This document shows, piece after piece, positions 7,568-16,441 of a stretch of 24,803 bases of DNA. Positions within the stretch are counted from its first letter, which is position 1; the number at the start of each line of letters is the position of its first letter. Made by a program: the position numbers and the translations under genes. This DNA is from Candidatus Baldrarchaeum yapensis. Lineage in GTDB: Archaea; Asgardarchaeota; Baldrarchaeia; Baldrarchaeales; Baldrarchaeaceae. Below the pieces are notes generated by a model that searched no databases, was not told the DNA's origin, and worked only from the letters and a program-made list of their open reading frames with translations. The stretch is from the NCBI GenBank assembly GCA_016840465.1, contig JAEOSH010000028.1:1-24803 (forward strand). Direction: 5' to 3'.

Positions 7568-7903
7568 ATGTCCATTACCGCGGATGCTATTGCAAAGATC
7601 TTAGAGGAAAAGAAGGAGGCAATTAAGGACGACATCGCGGGACTCGAAAAGGTCTATCAGATAAAGTTTGAGGACAAGCCTGAAGAGAACTACTACATTC
7701 AGATCTCCGGTGGTGAGGTCAAGGTTGAGAAGGGAGAGCACTCAAGCCCAGATGTAACGTTCATTGCAACACTTGACACGTTCACAAAGATAGTCACCGG
7801 AGAACTCGATGCGACCGCTGCCTATATGAGTGGGCAATTAAAGATTGAGGGATCCCTCCCAGACGCAATTACCTTTGGAAACATTCTCCAGAAGCTTAGA
7901 TAA
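7568..7903 (+). CDS. stand-alone SCP2 sterol/lipid-binding domain protein
   Basis: YYIQISGGEVKVEKGE..SPDVTF...TFTKIVTGELDATAAYMSGQLKIEG matches SCP2. SD GGAGG. Confidence 0.93.
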   Translation: MSITADAIAKILEEKKEAIKDDIAGLEKVYQIKFEDKPEENYYIQISGGEVKVEKGEHSSPDVTFIATLDTFTKIVTGELDATAAYMSGQLKIEGSLPDAITFGNILQKLR

Positions 7904-7939
7904 TCGTATTTGAGAGGAAGAATAATACCATAAGACTCC

Positions 7940-7970
7940 TTTTTTTATTTATTATTTTGTTTGCTTTTTT
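7940..7970 (+). terminator. T-rich archaeal terminator after the SCP2 gene
   Basis: T7 run followed by further T tracts about 35 bp after the stop codon. Confidence 0.65.
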
Positions 7971-8204
7971 CTACAAAAGATGCAGTAGGAAATACAGGTC
8001 CTATACTAGAGTAGTTTTGTTTAAATTTCCAGTCAAGTAGACAGTCTACCTGTGTGGATGGCACATTTATCGAACAAATGGTGTTAATATTGCTACTTAA
8101 TTAGAAAGTAATAAATACTACTACAAGCATTTGTAAAATCGAGAAACCACAACTACCAAATTTGATCCAATGCATGGAGAGATCTCTCTAGGGGTGCATT
8201 TTTT

Positions 8205-8933
8205 ATGGATTACGTCAGAACGGGCATAGAGGGACTCGATGAAATAGTGGGTGGGGGGATTCCTCGTGGTTCGACTGTTTTGATAACAGGGGAGAGCGGA
8301 ACTGGTAAAACAATTCTGGCTGTACAATTTATCGTAAACGGTATACTCAAATACGGCGAACCAGGACTTATAGTTACATGTGAGGAAGTTCCCGAAAAAT
8401 TGCGCGCTCGGATGCTCGCGTTTGGCTGGGATCTAAAAAAACTCGAGGAGAACGGCAAATTAATAACAATAGATCTCGCTAGTGTGAGAATAGGTGTGCC
8501 CGCAGAAACGAAGTTTCCGGAATACCAACCCCGCTCACTCGATCCTCAAAACCTGTTAGTATCGATATATAATGCAGTGAAGGAGCGCGGCATTAAGCGT
8601 GTGGCCATAGATTCGATTCCCGCCCTCGGGCTCCGTGTTGGTAGTGTTGAAGAGCTTAGAAACATAATATTCATGATGTGTGCACTTTTAAGCAAGATGG
8701 GGTGTACGACTTTTCTAGTTACCGAGACAACAGATGCTAGGAGAACAAGTCGATATGGGGTTGAGGAGTTCGTTTCTGATGGTATTATTGTATTAAGCTT
8801 GGTGAAAGATGAAAAAAGTGGAAGATGGATAAGAAAATTGTGGGTCAAAAAGATGCGTGGGACGAGGCACAGCCTAGATGAATGCGTTTTCGAGATTTTA
8901 GATGATGGAATACATGTGATGCGATCGCTGTAG
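8205..8933 (+). CDS. single-domain KaiC-like/RAD55 RecA-superfamily ATPase
   Basis: TGIEGLDEIVGGG, Walker A GESGTGKT, TCEE, Walker B VAIDS, and RKLWVKKMRGTRH. Confidence 0.93.
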   Translation: MDYVRTGIEGLDEIVGGGIPRGSTVLITGESGTGKTILAVQFIVNGILKYGEPGLIVTCEEVPEKLRARMLAFGWDLKKLEENGKLITIDLASVRIGVPAETKFPEYQPRSLDPQNLLVSIYNAVKERGIKRVAIDSIPALGLRVGSVEELRNIIFMMCALLSKMGCTTFLVTETTDARRTSRYGVEEFVSDGIIVLSLVKDEKSGRWIRKLWVKKMRGTRHSLDECVFEILDDGIHVMRSL

Positions 8934-9037
8934 GTATTTCATTGTGGTCCTTATTGGTGTTTTCTTCCCAGAATCTCAGTATACAAGCCGGAATGGTTGT
9001 ATGAGATGTTAAAAAAGAGCCTTGCGGAACTGTTACG

Positions 9038-9055
9038 GAAAAGCAAGCTTAAATA
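9038..9055 (+). promoter_or_regulatory. BRE/TATA promoter upstream of the IS607 tnpA remnant
   Basis: GAAAAG followed by TTAAATA (9049-9055), about 27 nt before ATG 9082. Confidence 0.55.
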
Positions 9056-9081
9056 TACATTTGGTTAACTTGTTTAACTCG

Positions 9082-9290
9082 ATGAAAATGGAGAAGATGA
9101 TGAAAGTTGGCAAAGTTGCGAAAATCTTGAACGTCAGTAGCACACTGTCCTGAACCGGATCAGGAAGGGTAAAATAAGAGCGTTGAGGCTCCCGGCGGGC
9201 GGTACTGGATCCCAGAGTCGGAGGTGCGGAGGATACTTGAGGGCGGAGGCGAAAAAGGCGTACGCGGTCCCGATAGATGATCCCCCGTAG
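9082..9290 (+). pseudogene. tnpA: IS607-family tnpA (serine recombinase) N-terminal remnant
   Basis: Joining frames gives MEKMMKVGKVAKILNVS / HTVLNRIRKGKIRALRLPAG / RYWIPESEVRRILEG / AYA, i.e. the MerR-like HTH and the start of the YARVS motif. Frameshifted, and the catalytic domain is missing. Confidence 0.8.
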
Positions 9291-9527
9291 ATCTCATCTG
9301 GGACTACTTCGAAACAAGGAGGAGGGCACTGGAGGAAATCCTGAGGCACGTGAAGCGCTCGAAGAGCGGGAAGGCCTAACCCGAAGCCCGGCAGGGAGAG
9401 AAGGAGGCTGAGAAACGAACTCCTCAAAGACTGGGGGTACGCAAAACACCACGTCGACTCCGCAATAAACCTGCAATCGGGCCCATGAAGGGCCGGATCT
9501 CCCTCCTCAAGAGAGGCAGAGCGAAGG
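9290..9527 (+). pseudogene. tnpB: archaeal tnpB N-terminal remnant
   Basis: Fragments DLIWDYFETRRRALEEIL, RRRLRNELLKDWGYAKHHVDSAIN and LLKRGRAKG resemble archaeal TnpB N-termini. The remnant is cut off exactly at the TIR at 9528. Confidence 0.65.
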
Positions 9528-9547
9528 GAGCCCACCAAAAGGTTGTC
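9528..9547 (+). repeat. terminal inverted repeat GAGCCCACCAAAAGGTTGTC
   Basis: Exact reverse complement of 10564-10583. The match extends 9 more bp inward with 3 mismatches. Confidence 0.95.
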
Positions 9548-9566
9548 CTTTGTCAAACCCTACACC

Positions 9567-10459
9567 TCAATCACCCCCGCCACCTATCCGCACAAAGAGG
9601 CCGGCCAGCGCCTCCAGCATCAGCATCCGCCTAACGTTGTGCGCCGCCCCACGCTCACCGTTCTTCCCTGCGATACCTCCGGGCCGAGAAACCCCCGGCC
9701 GCCCCCGGCGGAGAATGCGACACGAAAACACGCGCGACGGCCTCACCTGAAAGTCGATGCCCCTCCGAAACGCCTTCACGCAGTTCTCCCTCACGAAAAA
9801 CTCGCCATCCGCGTAGAGAGTCGAACCACGCGGAAGCACACCCATGGCCTCCGAGATGTCCCGCGACCGCGTCGCCCGCGCAAACGCGAACATGTACACC
9901 CCTATGTCGTAGATGAACTTTATGTCGACAGCGGGCCTCGAAAGCACGCCCCTGCCCCTCACAACCCTCTCCTCAAGAAATCCCGCCGAAACGGTGGTTC
10001 CGTCCCCAACGAACTCCTTAACGCCATCGCACCCCGAGAGATCCCAGATGAGGCGATGCCCCGATCTCTCAACCAGTTTAGGAACTCCAAGATTCACTGC
10101 CGGAGGCGGGGGTTCCTATAGTGGTAGCGCAACGTCTCCGCGGTCGGGACCCCGTGCTTCGCGTCGCCGGAAATTCTCATGTCGATCTCGGCCTCGATTG
10201 CGCGCCCCCTTATACTCTCGAAGTTGATGGGCTGTGGGGACATTTCCTTCAGGATCAGGAGGGCTACCACCATAAGCCTGTCGTACTTCGGGCGGGCGTG
10301 TGGGCTCGAGGGTGGCGCGTGTGTTTTCGAGAACTCCCTGAGGAGGCGGAGTGCGGTTTTAAAGGAGAGGGGTTTGCGGAGCAGGAGGAGAGCGTTGCGT
10401 CCATGCGGGACGTTTATATGCTGATGCTCACAACAGTAGTACTGGGCGTGGCCGGACAT
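9567..10459 (-). pseudogene. frameshifted DDE transposase
   Basis: ORF 10459-10094 (AGGAGG SD; KYDRLMVVALLILKE, VPTAETLRY) plus ORF 10097-9567 (FVGDGTT, LYADGEF, GIDFQVRP, AHNVRR). The Y..R motif (ARRYRR) sits in another frame, indicating a second lesion. Confidence 0.8.
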
Positions 10460-10563
10460 CAGGCATCCTCCTGTCAGTTGGTTTGTCGGGTAGTATTACG
10501 ATGCCAGCCGTGCCCTTCTACTGTTTTGCATACTTGTCATAGACAATCATTAGCTTGGCAAGA

Positions 10564-10583
10564 GACAACCTTTTGGTGGGCTC
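10564..10583 (-). repeat. terminal inverted repeat (partner of 9528-9547)
   Basis: GACAACCTTTTGGTGGGCTC on the + strand. Confidence 0.95.
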
Positions 10584-10845
10584 GGGGAACATAGTGATAT
10601 TAGATGTAACAACGGATCTTTTAGAGATCTTTAGAACGATCAACACGTATAAGGTTCTGATAAAGTTAACTGAAATGCTCATCGAGCGTGAGTGCGGCGT
10701 CGTAGTGATGCTGAATAGGAACCTGAAGAAAAGGACATTAGGGTGATGCGTGCACTTGTCACGTGCAGATAGGATCAGTGGGGCGGGACACAATCATCCT
10801 ATCGTCAATAGGTTTAGGGGAGGGCATCATCATCTCCGAAGATAA
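10584..10845 (+). pseudogene. possible KaiC-like ATPase C-terminal remnant
   Basis: One frame reads IVILDV..LL...KLTEMLIERECGVVVM...*...ADRI...IVNRFRGGHH, echoing Walker B and the 'KMRG..H' motif. It has an internal stop. The resemblance is weak. Confidence 0.3.
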
Positions 10846-10977
10846 TAATAGTTATCTCTAAACAAAAGCTTAACGTAAGCATACGGCCATTATCCGGGGA
10901 ACTACTCCTGAATGGTAAGATTCTCTTTTAGTCAGGCAGACCGTTAAAAGTCCTTATGACACTTGAAGTGCGGGAAG

Positions 10978-10983
10978 TTTAAG
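10978..10983 (+). promoter_or_regulatory. putative TATA box for the for operon
   Basis: TTTAAG preceded by GGGAAG, about 40 nt upstream of the GTG start. SD GGTGGTGA lies just before the start. Confidence 0.45.
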
Positions 10984-11022
10984 TTTGACGAAAGTAGTAT
11001 TTGAGGGTGTGGTGGTGATAAC

Positions 11023-12855
11023 GTGAAGGGATGGACAGGCAGGTTTCTAAGGGTAAACTTGTCAGAGCAGTCCACATCCGTGCAAGAATACGAACCATCG
11101 CTTGCAAGGGCGTTTCTAGGTGGAAGAGGATTTGCAATAAAAATATTATGGGATGAGTTGAGAGCAGGAACTGCCCCCCTTTCCCCAGAAAATATATTGG
11201 TGTTTATGGCGGGACCGCTGACAGGGTTACCTGTTCCGAGCAGTGGGAAACTCGTTGTGGCCGCAAAGAGTCCCCTGACTAGTGGCTATGGAGATGGAAA
11301 TCTGGGCTCTCGTGCTGCTGTTATGCTAAGAAGAGCGGGATATGATGGCATTATAATAAAGGGAGCGAGCGATAAACCCGTTTACCTGTACATTGAGAAC
11401 GAAAAAGTCGAATTTCTTAATGCTGACGACCTGTGGGGGATGAGTACCTTTGACACTGAGAAAAAGCTCAGTGAGACGCATGGCAAAGATGTGGGGATCC
11501 TCTGTATAGGCCCCGCGGGGGAAAATTTGGTTCTTTACGCTAATGTTCATTCTCAGGAGGGAAGAGCCGGTGGAAGGCCGGGTATGGGTGCAGTTATGGG
11601 CTCCAAGAAACTAAAAGCAATAGTAATCCGAGGAACGAGGGAGATCGAGACTGCAAACCCAGAAGAGTTGAAGCGACTGGGAGAAGAAGGATACGAGGAG
11701 ATAAAGAAAAAGCCAAATTACGATTTCTGGCGAAGGCAGGGAACAATGGCAACTGTAGAATGGAGTCAGGAGAATTCCGTTTTGCCGACTTTTAACTTCA
11801 GAGAGGGTGAGTTTGAGAATGCTGACAAGATCGGCGGATATGCAATGGAAAAAATAAAGGTTCTCCAGAGGGGATGTCCCTACTGCAACATGATATGTGG
11901 CAATGTTGTCGAGGATGCGGAGGGCAAACGTGTTGAACTCGATTATGAGAACGTGGCAATGTTGGGCTCAGACATAGGCCTCGGAGATCTCAAGAAAATT
12001 TCGGTACTCAACAGACTGGCGGACGAGTACGGTATCGACACCATTTCAGTTGGTAATGCTATAGGCTTCGCAATGGAGGCCTCCGAGAAGAAACTATTAA
12101 AGGAGAAGATCGAATGGGGAGATTTTGATGCGGCAAAAACACTATTGGAGGACATAGTATTTAAGAGGAATGACATAGGGAGACTTCTCGCAAACGGCGT
12201 CAAATACGCAGCTGAAAAACTTGGAAACAACTCCAAGGATTGGGCCATGCAGGTCAAAGGCCTTGAAATCTCCGCTTATGATTGTCATTTTGCACCTGCG
12301 ATGGCTCTCTCCTTCGGAACCTCGCCCATTGGCGCCCACCATAAGGATGCCTGGGTAATTGCATGGGAGGTTCAGGTGGGCCGTGAGTCGTACACGAGGG
12401 AGAAGGTTGCCAAGGTCATAGAGTTGCAGAGAATACGTGGGGGAGTCTTCGAATGTTTAACTGCATGTAGACTTCCATGGATAGAATTAGGTTTTGAGTT
12501 GGATTGGTATCCTAAATTCTTAAAGGCAGCAACAGGCATGGAGTTCACATTCGACGAGTTATACAGGATCGCGGACAGGATATATACCCTGATAAGAGCC
12601 TTCTGGATCAGAGAATTCAGGGGGAGATGGGGAAGAGAGATGGACATTCCGCCGGCCCGCTGGTTTAAAGAGCCGTTGACTAAGGGGAGATATAAGGGCA
12701 AAACTCTCGACCTTGAAAAATACAATCAGATGCTATCATGGTATTATGAGATGAGGGGATGGGACGAGCGGGGCGTACCCACAAAGAAGGCTCTAAAAGA
12801 TCTTGGACTAGAAAATATTATTACAGAACTTGAGAAAATTATCACATTAAAGTAA
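11023..12855 (+). CDS. for: tungsten-containing aldehyde:ferredoxin oxidoreductase, formaldehyde:Fd oxidoreductase (FOR) type
   Basis: Recalled P. furiosus FOR motifs match throughout: [83 protein letters not shown]. Confidence 0.92.
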   Translation: MKGWTGRFLRVNLSEQSTSVQEYEPSLARAFLGGRGFAIKILWDELRAGTAPLSPENILVFMAGPLTGLPVPSSGKLVVAAKSPLTSGYGDGNLGSRAAVMLRRAGYDGIIIKGASDKPVYLYIENEKVEFLNADDLWGMSTFDTEKKLSETHGKDVGILCIGPAGENLVLYANVHSQEGRAGGRPGMGAVMGSKKLKAIVIRGTREIETANPEELKRLGEEGYEEIKKKPNYDFWRRQGTMATVEWSQENSVLPTFNFREGEFENADKIGGYAMEKIKVLQRGCPYCNMICGNVVEDAEGKRVELDYENVAMLGSDIGLGDLKKISVLNRLADEYGIDTISVGNAIGFAMEASEKKLLKEKIEWGDFDAAKTLLEDIVFKRNDIGRLLANGVKYAAEKLGNNSKDWAMQVKGLEISAYDCHFAPAMALSFGTSPIGAHHKDAWVIAWEVQVGRESYTREKVAKVIELQRIRGGVFECLTACRLPWIELGFELDWYPKFLKAATGMEFTFDELYRIADRIYTLIRAFWIREFRGRWGREMDIPPARWFKEPLTKGRYKGKTLDLEKYNQMLSWYYEMRGWDERGVPTKKALKDLGLENIITELEKIITLK

Positions 12856-12866
12856 AGTGAAGGTGC

Positions 12867-13109
12867 ATGAGAAGCACCGAGACCCGTAAAGTTTGTGTTA
12901 AACTGCTCGGATATATTGCGGAGATGCTTGGATTTAGGAACAGGGAACTGAATATCGGAAAAGGGCTGAGAGTAAGAGAGTTACTTAAAGGAGTAAATGT
13001 TGACGAAAAGCGTATTATTGTGCTAATCAATGGAAAACCGGCAAACATGGACTCTATCTTACGTGGTGGAGAATATGTGGTTATAATGCCAGTAGTTGGA
13101 GGCGGATAG
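12867..13109 (+). CDS. moaD: MoaD/ThiS-family ubiquitin-like sulfur carrier
   Basis: Beta-grasp size, IVLING, C-terminal MPVVGGG, and located 11 bp after for. Confidence 0.88.
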   Translation: MRSTETRKVCVKLLGYIAEMLGFRNRELNIGKGLRVRELLKGVNVDEKRIIVLINGKPANMDSILRGGEYVVIMPVVGGG

Positions 13110-13117
13110 GTGATTTT

Positions 13118-14020
13118 ATGGAAATCCTTAAAGTAACGGACAGAGTTCACCTCATAATCGGGGAAAATAAGGGAAGATATCCGTACTCAAACTCACTTTT
13201 TATAAAAGACGAGAAAAACGTACTTATAGACACAGGGATCGGCGCTAAACAGATAAAAGAGCTTACTAAGGATGTAAAAATTGATATTGTGGTAAATTCG
13301 CATTTTCACGAGGATCATATAGCATTCAACAAAATGTTTTCTAAGTCTAAGATATGTGCACACGAACTTGACGCACCTGCAATTATGTCCATTGACAGGT
13401 TAATAGAGTTGTACGGTCCGAGAGATACGATGGCCGTAAAATATATCGAGTCTTTTATCCGGGAGACCTACAATCTTCAAAACTCACGAGTGGATATGAC
13501 GTTTAGAGACGGATTTGTTTTCCAACTAGGCGAACTGCGAATGGAAGTCGTACATACACCTGGCCACTCTGCAGGCCATTGCTGTTTCCTCATACCGGAA
13601 GAAGGTGTGATTTTTCTTGCGGATATAGATTTGACATCATTTGGTCCATGGTACGGCTGTGTTGACTCCGATGTAGATGCCTTTCTGAAATCGATCGAGA
13701 AAGTGAAAAAAGAAAGATTTGAGGTTGCCGTAACTAGTCATAAAAATGTAGTTTTTGAAAGAGAAGATGCGATACTTGCACTGGACAAATATGCTTCAAA
13801 AATTTTCGAAAGAGAGCGTAAGATACTCGATCTCTTAACGAAACCCAAGAGCTTGGACGAAATTGCAGAAAGATTTCCAATCTATGGAAAACCATATGAA
13901 CCAAAAGAAATTTTTCTGCTCTTTGAGAAAACTATGATAAAAAAGCATTTGAAGAGGCTTATTAAGCAAGGCCTTGTCGGGTTTGATGAAAAATCTGGAA
14001 AGTTTTTTGCTAATCCTTAA
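13118..14020 (+). CDS. MBL-fold metallo-hydrolase with a C-terminal winged-helix-like extension
   Basis: LIDTG, SHFHEDH, HTPGHSAGH, ADID and TSH metal-binding motifs. Confidence 0.92.
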   Translation: MEILKVTDRVHLIIGENKGRYPYSNSLFIKDEKNVLIDTGIGAKQIKELTKDVKIDIVVNSHFHEDHIAFNKMFSKSKICAHELDAPAIMSIDRLIELYGPRDTMAVKYIESFIRETYNLQNSRVDMTFRDGFVFQLGELRMEVVHTPGHSAGHCCFLIPEEGVIFLADIDLTSFGPWYGCVDSDVDAFLKSIEKVKKERFEVAVTSHKNVVFEREDAILALDKYASKIFERERKILDLLTKPKSLDEIAERFPIYGKPYEPKEIFLLFEKTMIKKHLKRLIKQGLVGFDEKSGKFFANP

Positions 14021-15062
14021 ATGCCGGAATAATTTTCTCGGAGTATATCTTTAGAACTTCCTTCGGACGCGGCCCGACGTTTATTATTATCAGGTGTTTC
14101 AATCCCGCTTTACGGAAACGCTCAATCTGATCTATACAATCTTCCGGCGTACCGACAATGAAGAACTCCATTGCCACGTCATCCGGAACATAACTCGCCA
14201 GCCTTGCGAATTCAGTAAGCTTCTCTTGTGTCACAAGCAAGTCTGTTGAGTAGTACAGAGGGCTTATCTTCTCCGGAAGTTTTATTTCAAATCCCGCCTC
14301 CTGAACCTTACCATACATTGCAACAACAATTCCCTTATATGCGCGAATTCTCGCTATGGCCTCATTTCTATCGTGCGAAACTGCGGTATATATTTGGATT
14401 GCCGTGTCTATATCGTCTAAAGATCTTCCGCTTCTCTCAAGACCCCTTTTTACGTCCTCTAGATGTTTTTTATAAGTTTCCGGAGTTTCTATCATTGGCA
14501 TCCATCCTTCACAGCATTCTCCCGTGAATTCTCTGCTTTTAACGCTATTAGCCCCCACATATATTGGTATACTTCCACGAACTGGGGTTATCTGCAAAAA
14601 TGCATTGTTGAACTTGAAAAATTTTCCATCATATGAGAACCTTTCTCCCCTCCACAATCTCCTTAGTAAGTAAATGGCCTCTTTCAGCCTACTAAATGGC
14701 TTCTCAAATGGAAGTCCAAATGGTGTCAAATTCATAATTTCCCCGGCTCCAAGCCCCAAGAACATTCGACCACTAGACAAATGATCTATTGTTGCGGCGA
14801 GTTGGGCAAGAACCGCCGGATGATATCTTATCACATCTGAAACACCAGTCCCTATGGTGACACGTATCGTTTTAACAGCAAGTGCTGCGAGTATTCCAAA
14901 GGCATTTGGAGTAAATCCTGGTGGAACCATTAATAGATGATCGGGAACCACTATTGAGTCAAACCCCGCGTCTTCTGTCATTTTAGCGATTTCCATCACT
15001 TTGTTGACTGGCGGCATCGGCGGTGAAAGCACCATGCCGAATTTCATAGGTTCACTTCTCAT
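14010..15062 (-). CDS. LLM-class (luciferase-like) oxidoreductase, probably F420-dependent
   Basis: AEDAGFDS-like TEDAGFDSIVVPDH, RYHPAVLAQ..ATIDHLSSGR.FLGLGAGE..N, SRLKEAI, and GTPEDCIDQI. ATG 15062 follows GGGTGG. Confidence 0.92.
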   Translation of the reverse strand: MRSEPMKFGMVLSPPMPPVNKVMEIAKMTEDAGFDSIVVPDHLLMVPPGFTPNAFGILAALAVKTIRVTIGTGVSDVIRYHPAVLAQLAATIDHLSSGRMFLGLGAGEIMNLTPFGLPFEKPFSRLKEAIYLLRRLWRGERFSYDGKFFKFNNAFLQITPVRGSIPIYVGANSVKSREFTGECCEGWMPMIETPETYKKHLEDVKRGLERSGRSLDDIDTAIQIYTAVSHDRNEAIARIRAYKGIVVAMYGKVQEAGFEIKLPEKISPLYYSTDLLVTQEKLTEFARLASYVPDDVAMEFFIVGTPEDCIDQIERFRKAGLKHLIIINVGPRPKEVLKIYSEKIIPAFKD

Positions 15063-15290
15063 GGTACCACCCGATGAGATTATCACTTTAAAATGATCGG
15101 TTATGAACTTGTAAGAATTTCCCGCAACGCAGTATTTACGATTTAAAATTACATCTAGCAACATATAAATGGACAAAATTCATAACAGGTTCCATGGGGT
15201 AGATCGAGAACAAATTATTCATTTGACAAGGTCTCATACTACTAGGTGGGATACTTACTAATAAGTGGAGAAGCCGTCGGCGTGGTATCC

Positions 15291-16343
15291 ATGAAGACGG
15301 CGATAATATACGATGACATGTTCCTAAAGCATGATCCGGGCCCGGGGCACCCGGAATCTCCACAACGGTTAAAAGTTATGATGAGAGCGATTAAGAAGAG
15401 TGATTTTTTGAGAAAGAAAGTCTTAAAAATAAGAAAACCTCGACAGGCATCTCTAGAGGATCTGCTTTACGTTCATTCTCCGGCACATATAAGACGAATT
15501 GAGGAAATCAGTAGACGTGGTGGAGGATATATCACCGAGGACACCGTACTTAACGAATATACCTACGACACGGCACTCATGGCTGCTGGCGGTGCAATTG
15601 TAGCCGCTGAAGCAGTAGTTAAGAGAGAAGCACGAAATGCATTTGCCCTTATACGTCCACCTGGGCATCATTCAGCATTCAATAGAGCGTGGGGCTTTTG
15701 CTTTTTCAATAACGTAGCAATCGCAACTAGATGGTTACAGAATAAAAAATATGTCAAAAAAGTTCTAATAGTTGATATAGACGCTCATCACGGCGATGGG
15801 ACACAAGAAACTTTCTATAACGACCCAAACGTCTTATACTTCAGTATTCATCAATATGGAATATTCCCAGGCACCGGAAGTGTTAATGAGGTGGGTGTTA
15901 GGGATGGAGAGGGCTTTACTGTCAATGTACCTTTTCCGGAGTTGACATCGGACAGCGCATATGAAAAAGCCATTGATGAAATTTTGGTGCCCATTGCTGA
16001 GCAGTTTAAACCCGATATTACTATGGTATCGCTAGGCTATGATGCCCATCACATGGATCCAATAACCCTAATGGGGCTTACTGTCCAAGGATATAAGAAA
16101 TTGGTCTCTAAGGTAATTGCCCTTTCCAATAAAATATGTAATGGTAAGCTTACGGTGGTTCTTGAGGGAGGATATAATTTAGAGATTCTCCCCAAAGTTT
16201 TTCTGGCAACAATATCGGCAATGACGGGCGAAGAAGTAGTACTAGAGGAAGATAAATTCGGGGTAAGTGATGCGGAGCAAAAGATGGCATTTCAGATCAT
16301 TGATCGTGTGAAGGAGGTAATGTCCCGTTACTGGAGTCTATAA
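15291..16343 (+). CDS. Zn-dependent histone deacetylase / AcuC-family deacetylase
   Basis: HPESPQRL, RPPGHH, GFCFFNN, DIDAHHGDGTQ, SIHQ, GYDAH and LEGGY. Confidence 0.96.
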   Translation: MKTAIIYDDMFLKHDPGPGHPESPQRLKVMMRAIKKSDFLRKKVLKIRKPRQASLEDLLYVHSPAHIRRIEEISRRGGGYITEDTVLNEYTYDTALMAAGGAIVAAEAVVKREARNAFALIRPPGHHSAFNRAWGFCFFNNVAIATRWLQNKKYVKKVLIVDIDAHHGDGTQETFYNDPNVLYFSIHQYGIFPGTGSVNEVGVRDGEGFTVNVPFPELTSDSAYEKAIDEILVPIAEQFKPDITMVSLGYDAHHMDPITLMGLTVQGYKKLVSKVIALSNKICNGKLTVVLEGGYNLEILPKVFLATISAMTGEEVVLEEDKFGVSDAEQKMAFQIIDRVKEVMSRYWSL

Positions 16344-16441
16344 CCGAAGGAATTAAGTATTACGCGAGATCTAGATAGAACGACCATTAGAGAAGACGTC
16401 TGATAAACTGATATGTGCCTGATGGTAAGGTGGCCCGATGA

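Larger units (their letters stand above)
9528..10583 (-). mobile_element. 1056-bp insertion sequence with a degenerate DDE transposase (IS5/IS4-like)
   Basis: Perfect 20-bp TIRs at 9528-9547 and 10564-10583, an internal frameshifted transposase, and visibly higher GC than the flanks. Confidence 0.88.

Noticed and set aside
8205-8933. Circadian clock KaiC
   Set aside because: It is single-domain, with no kaiA/kaiB nearby and no recognisable ST phosphosites; a generic archaeal KaiC-like ATPase.
8974-9004. Imperfect hairpin (CTCAGTATACAA...TTGTATGAG) as the IS607 left end
   Set aside because: It could equally be a terminator or chance; the element boundary cannot be defined without a second copy.
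9543-10121. 192-aa + strand ORF and overlapping ORFs 9134..9556(-), 9913..10227(+), 10121..10594(+)
   Set aside because: Pro/Arg-rich shadow frames of a GC-rich transposase region. The shared 'DNLLVGS' peptides are simply the TIR.
9528-10583. TIR pair as a CRISPR repeat or direct repeat
   Set aside because: There are only two copies, inverted and 1 kb apart, with no spacer array anywhere in the window.
10744-10746. TGA as a selenocysteine codon in the 10584-10845 frame
   Set aside because: There is no selenoprotein context or SECIS evidence, and the region looks decayed.
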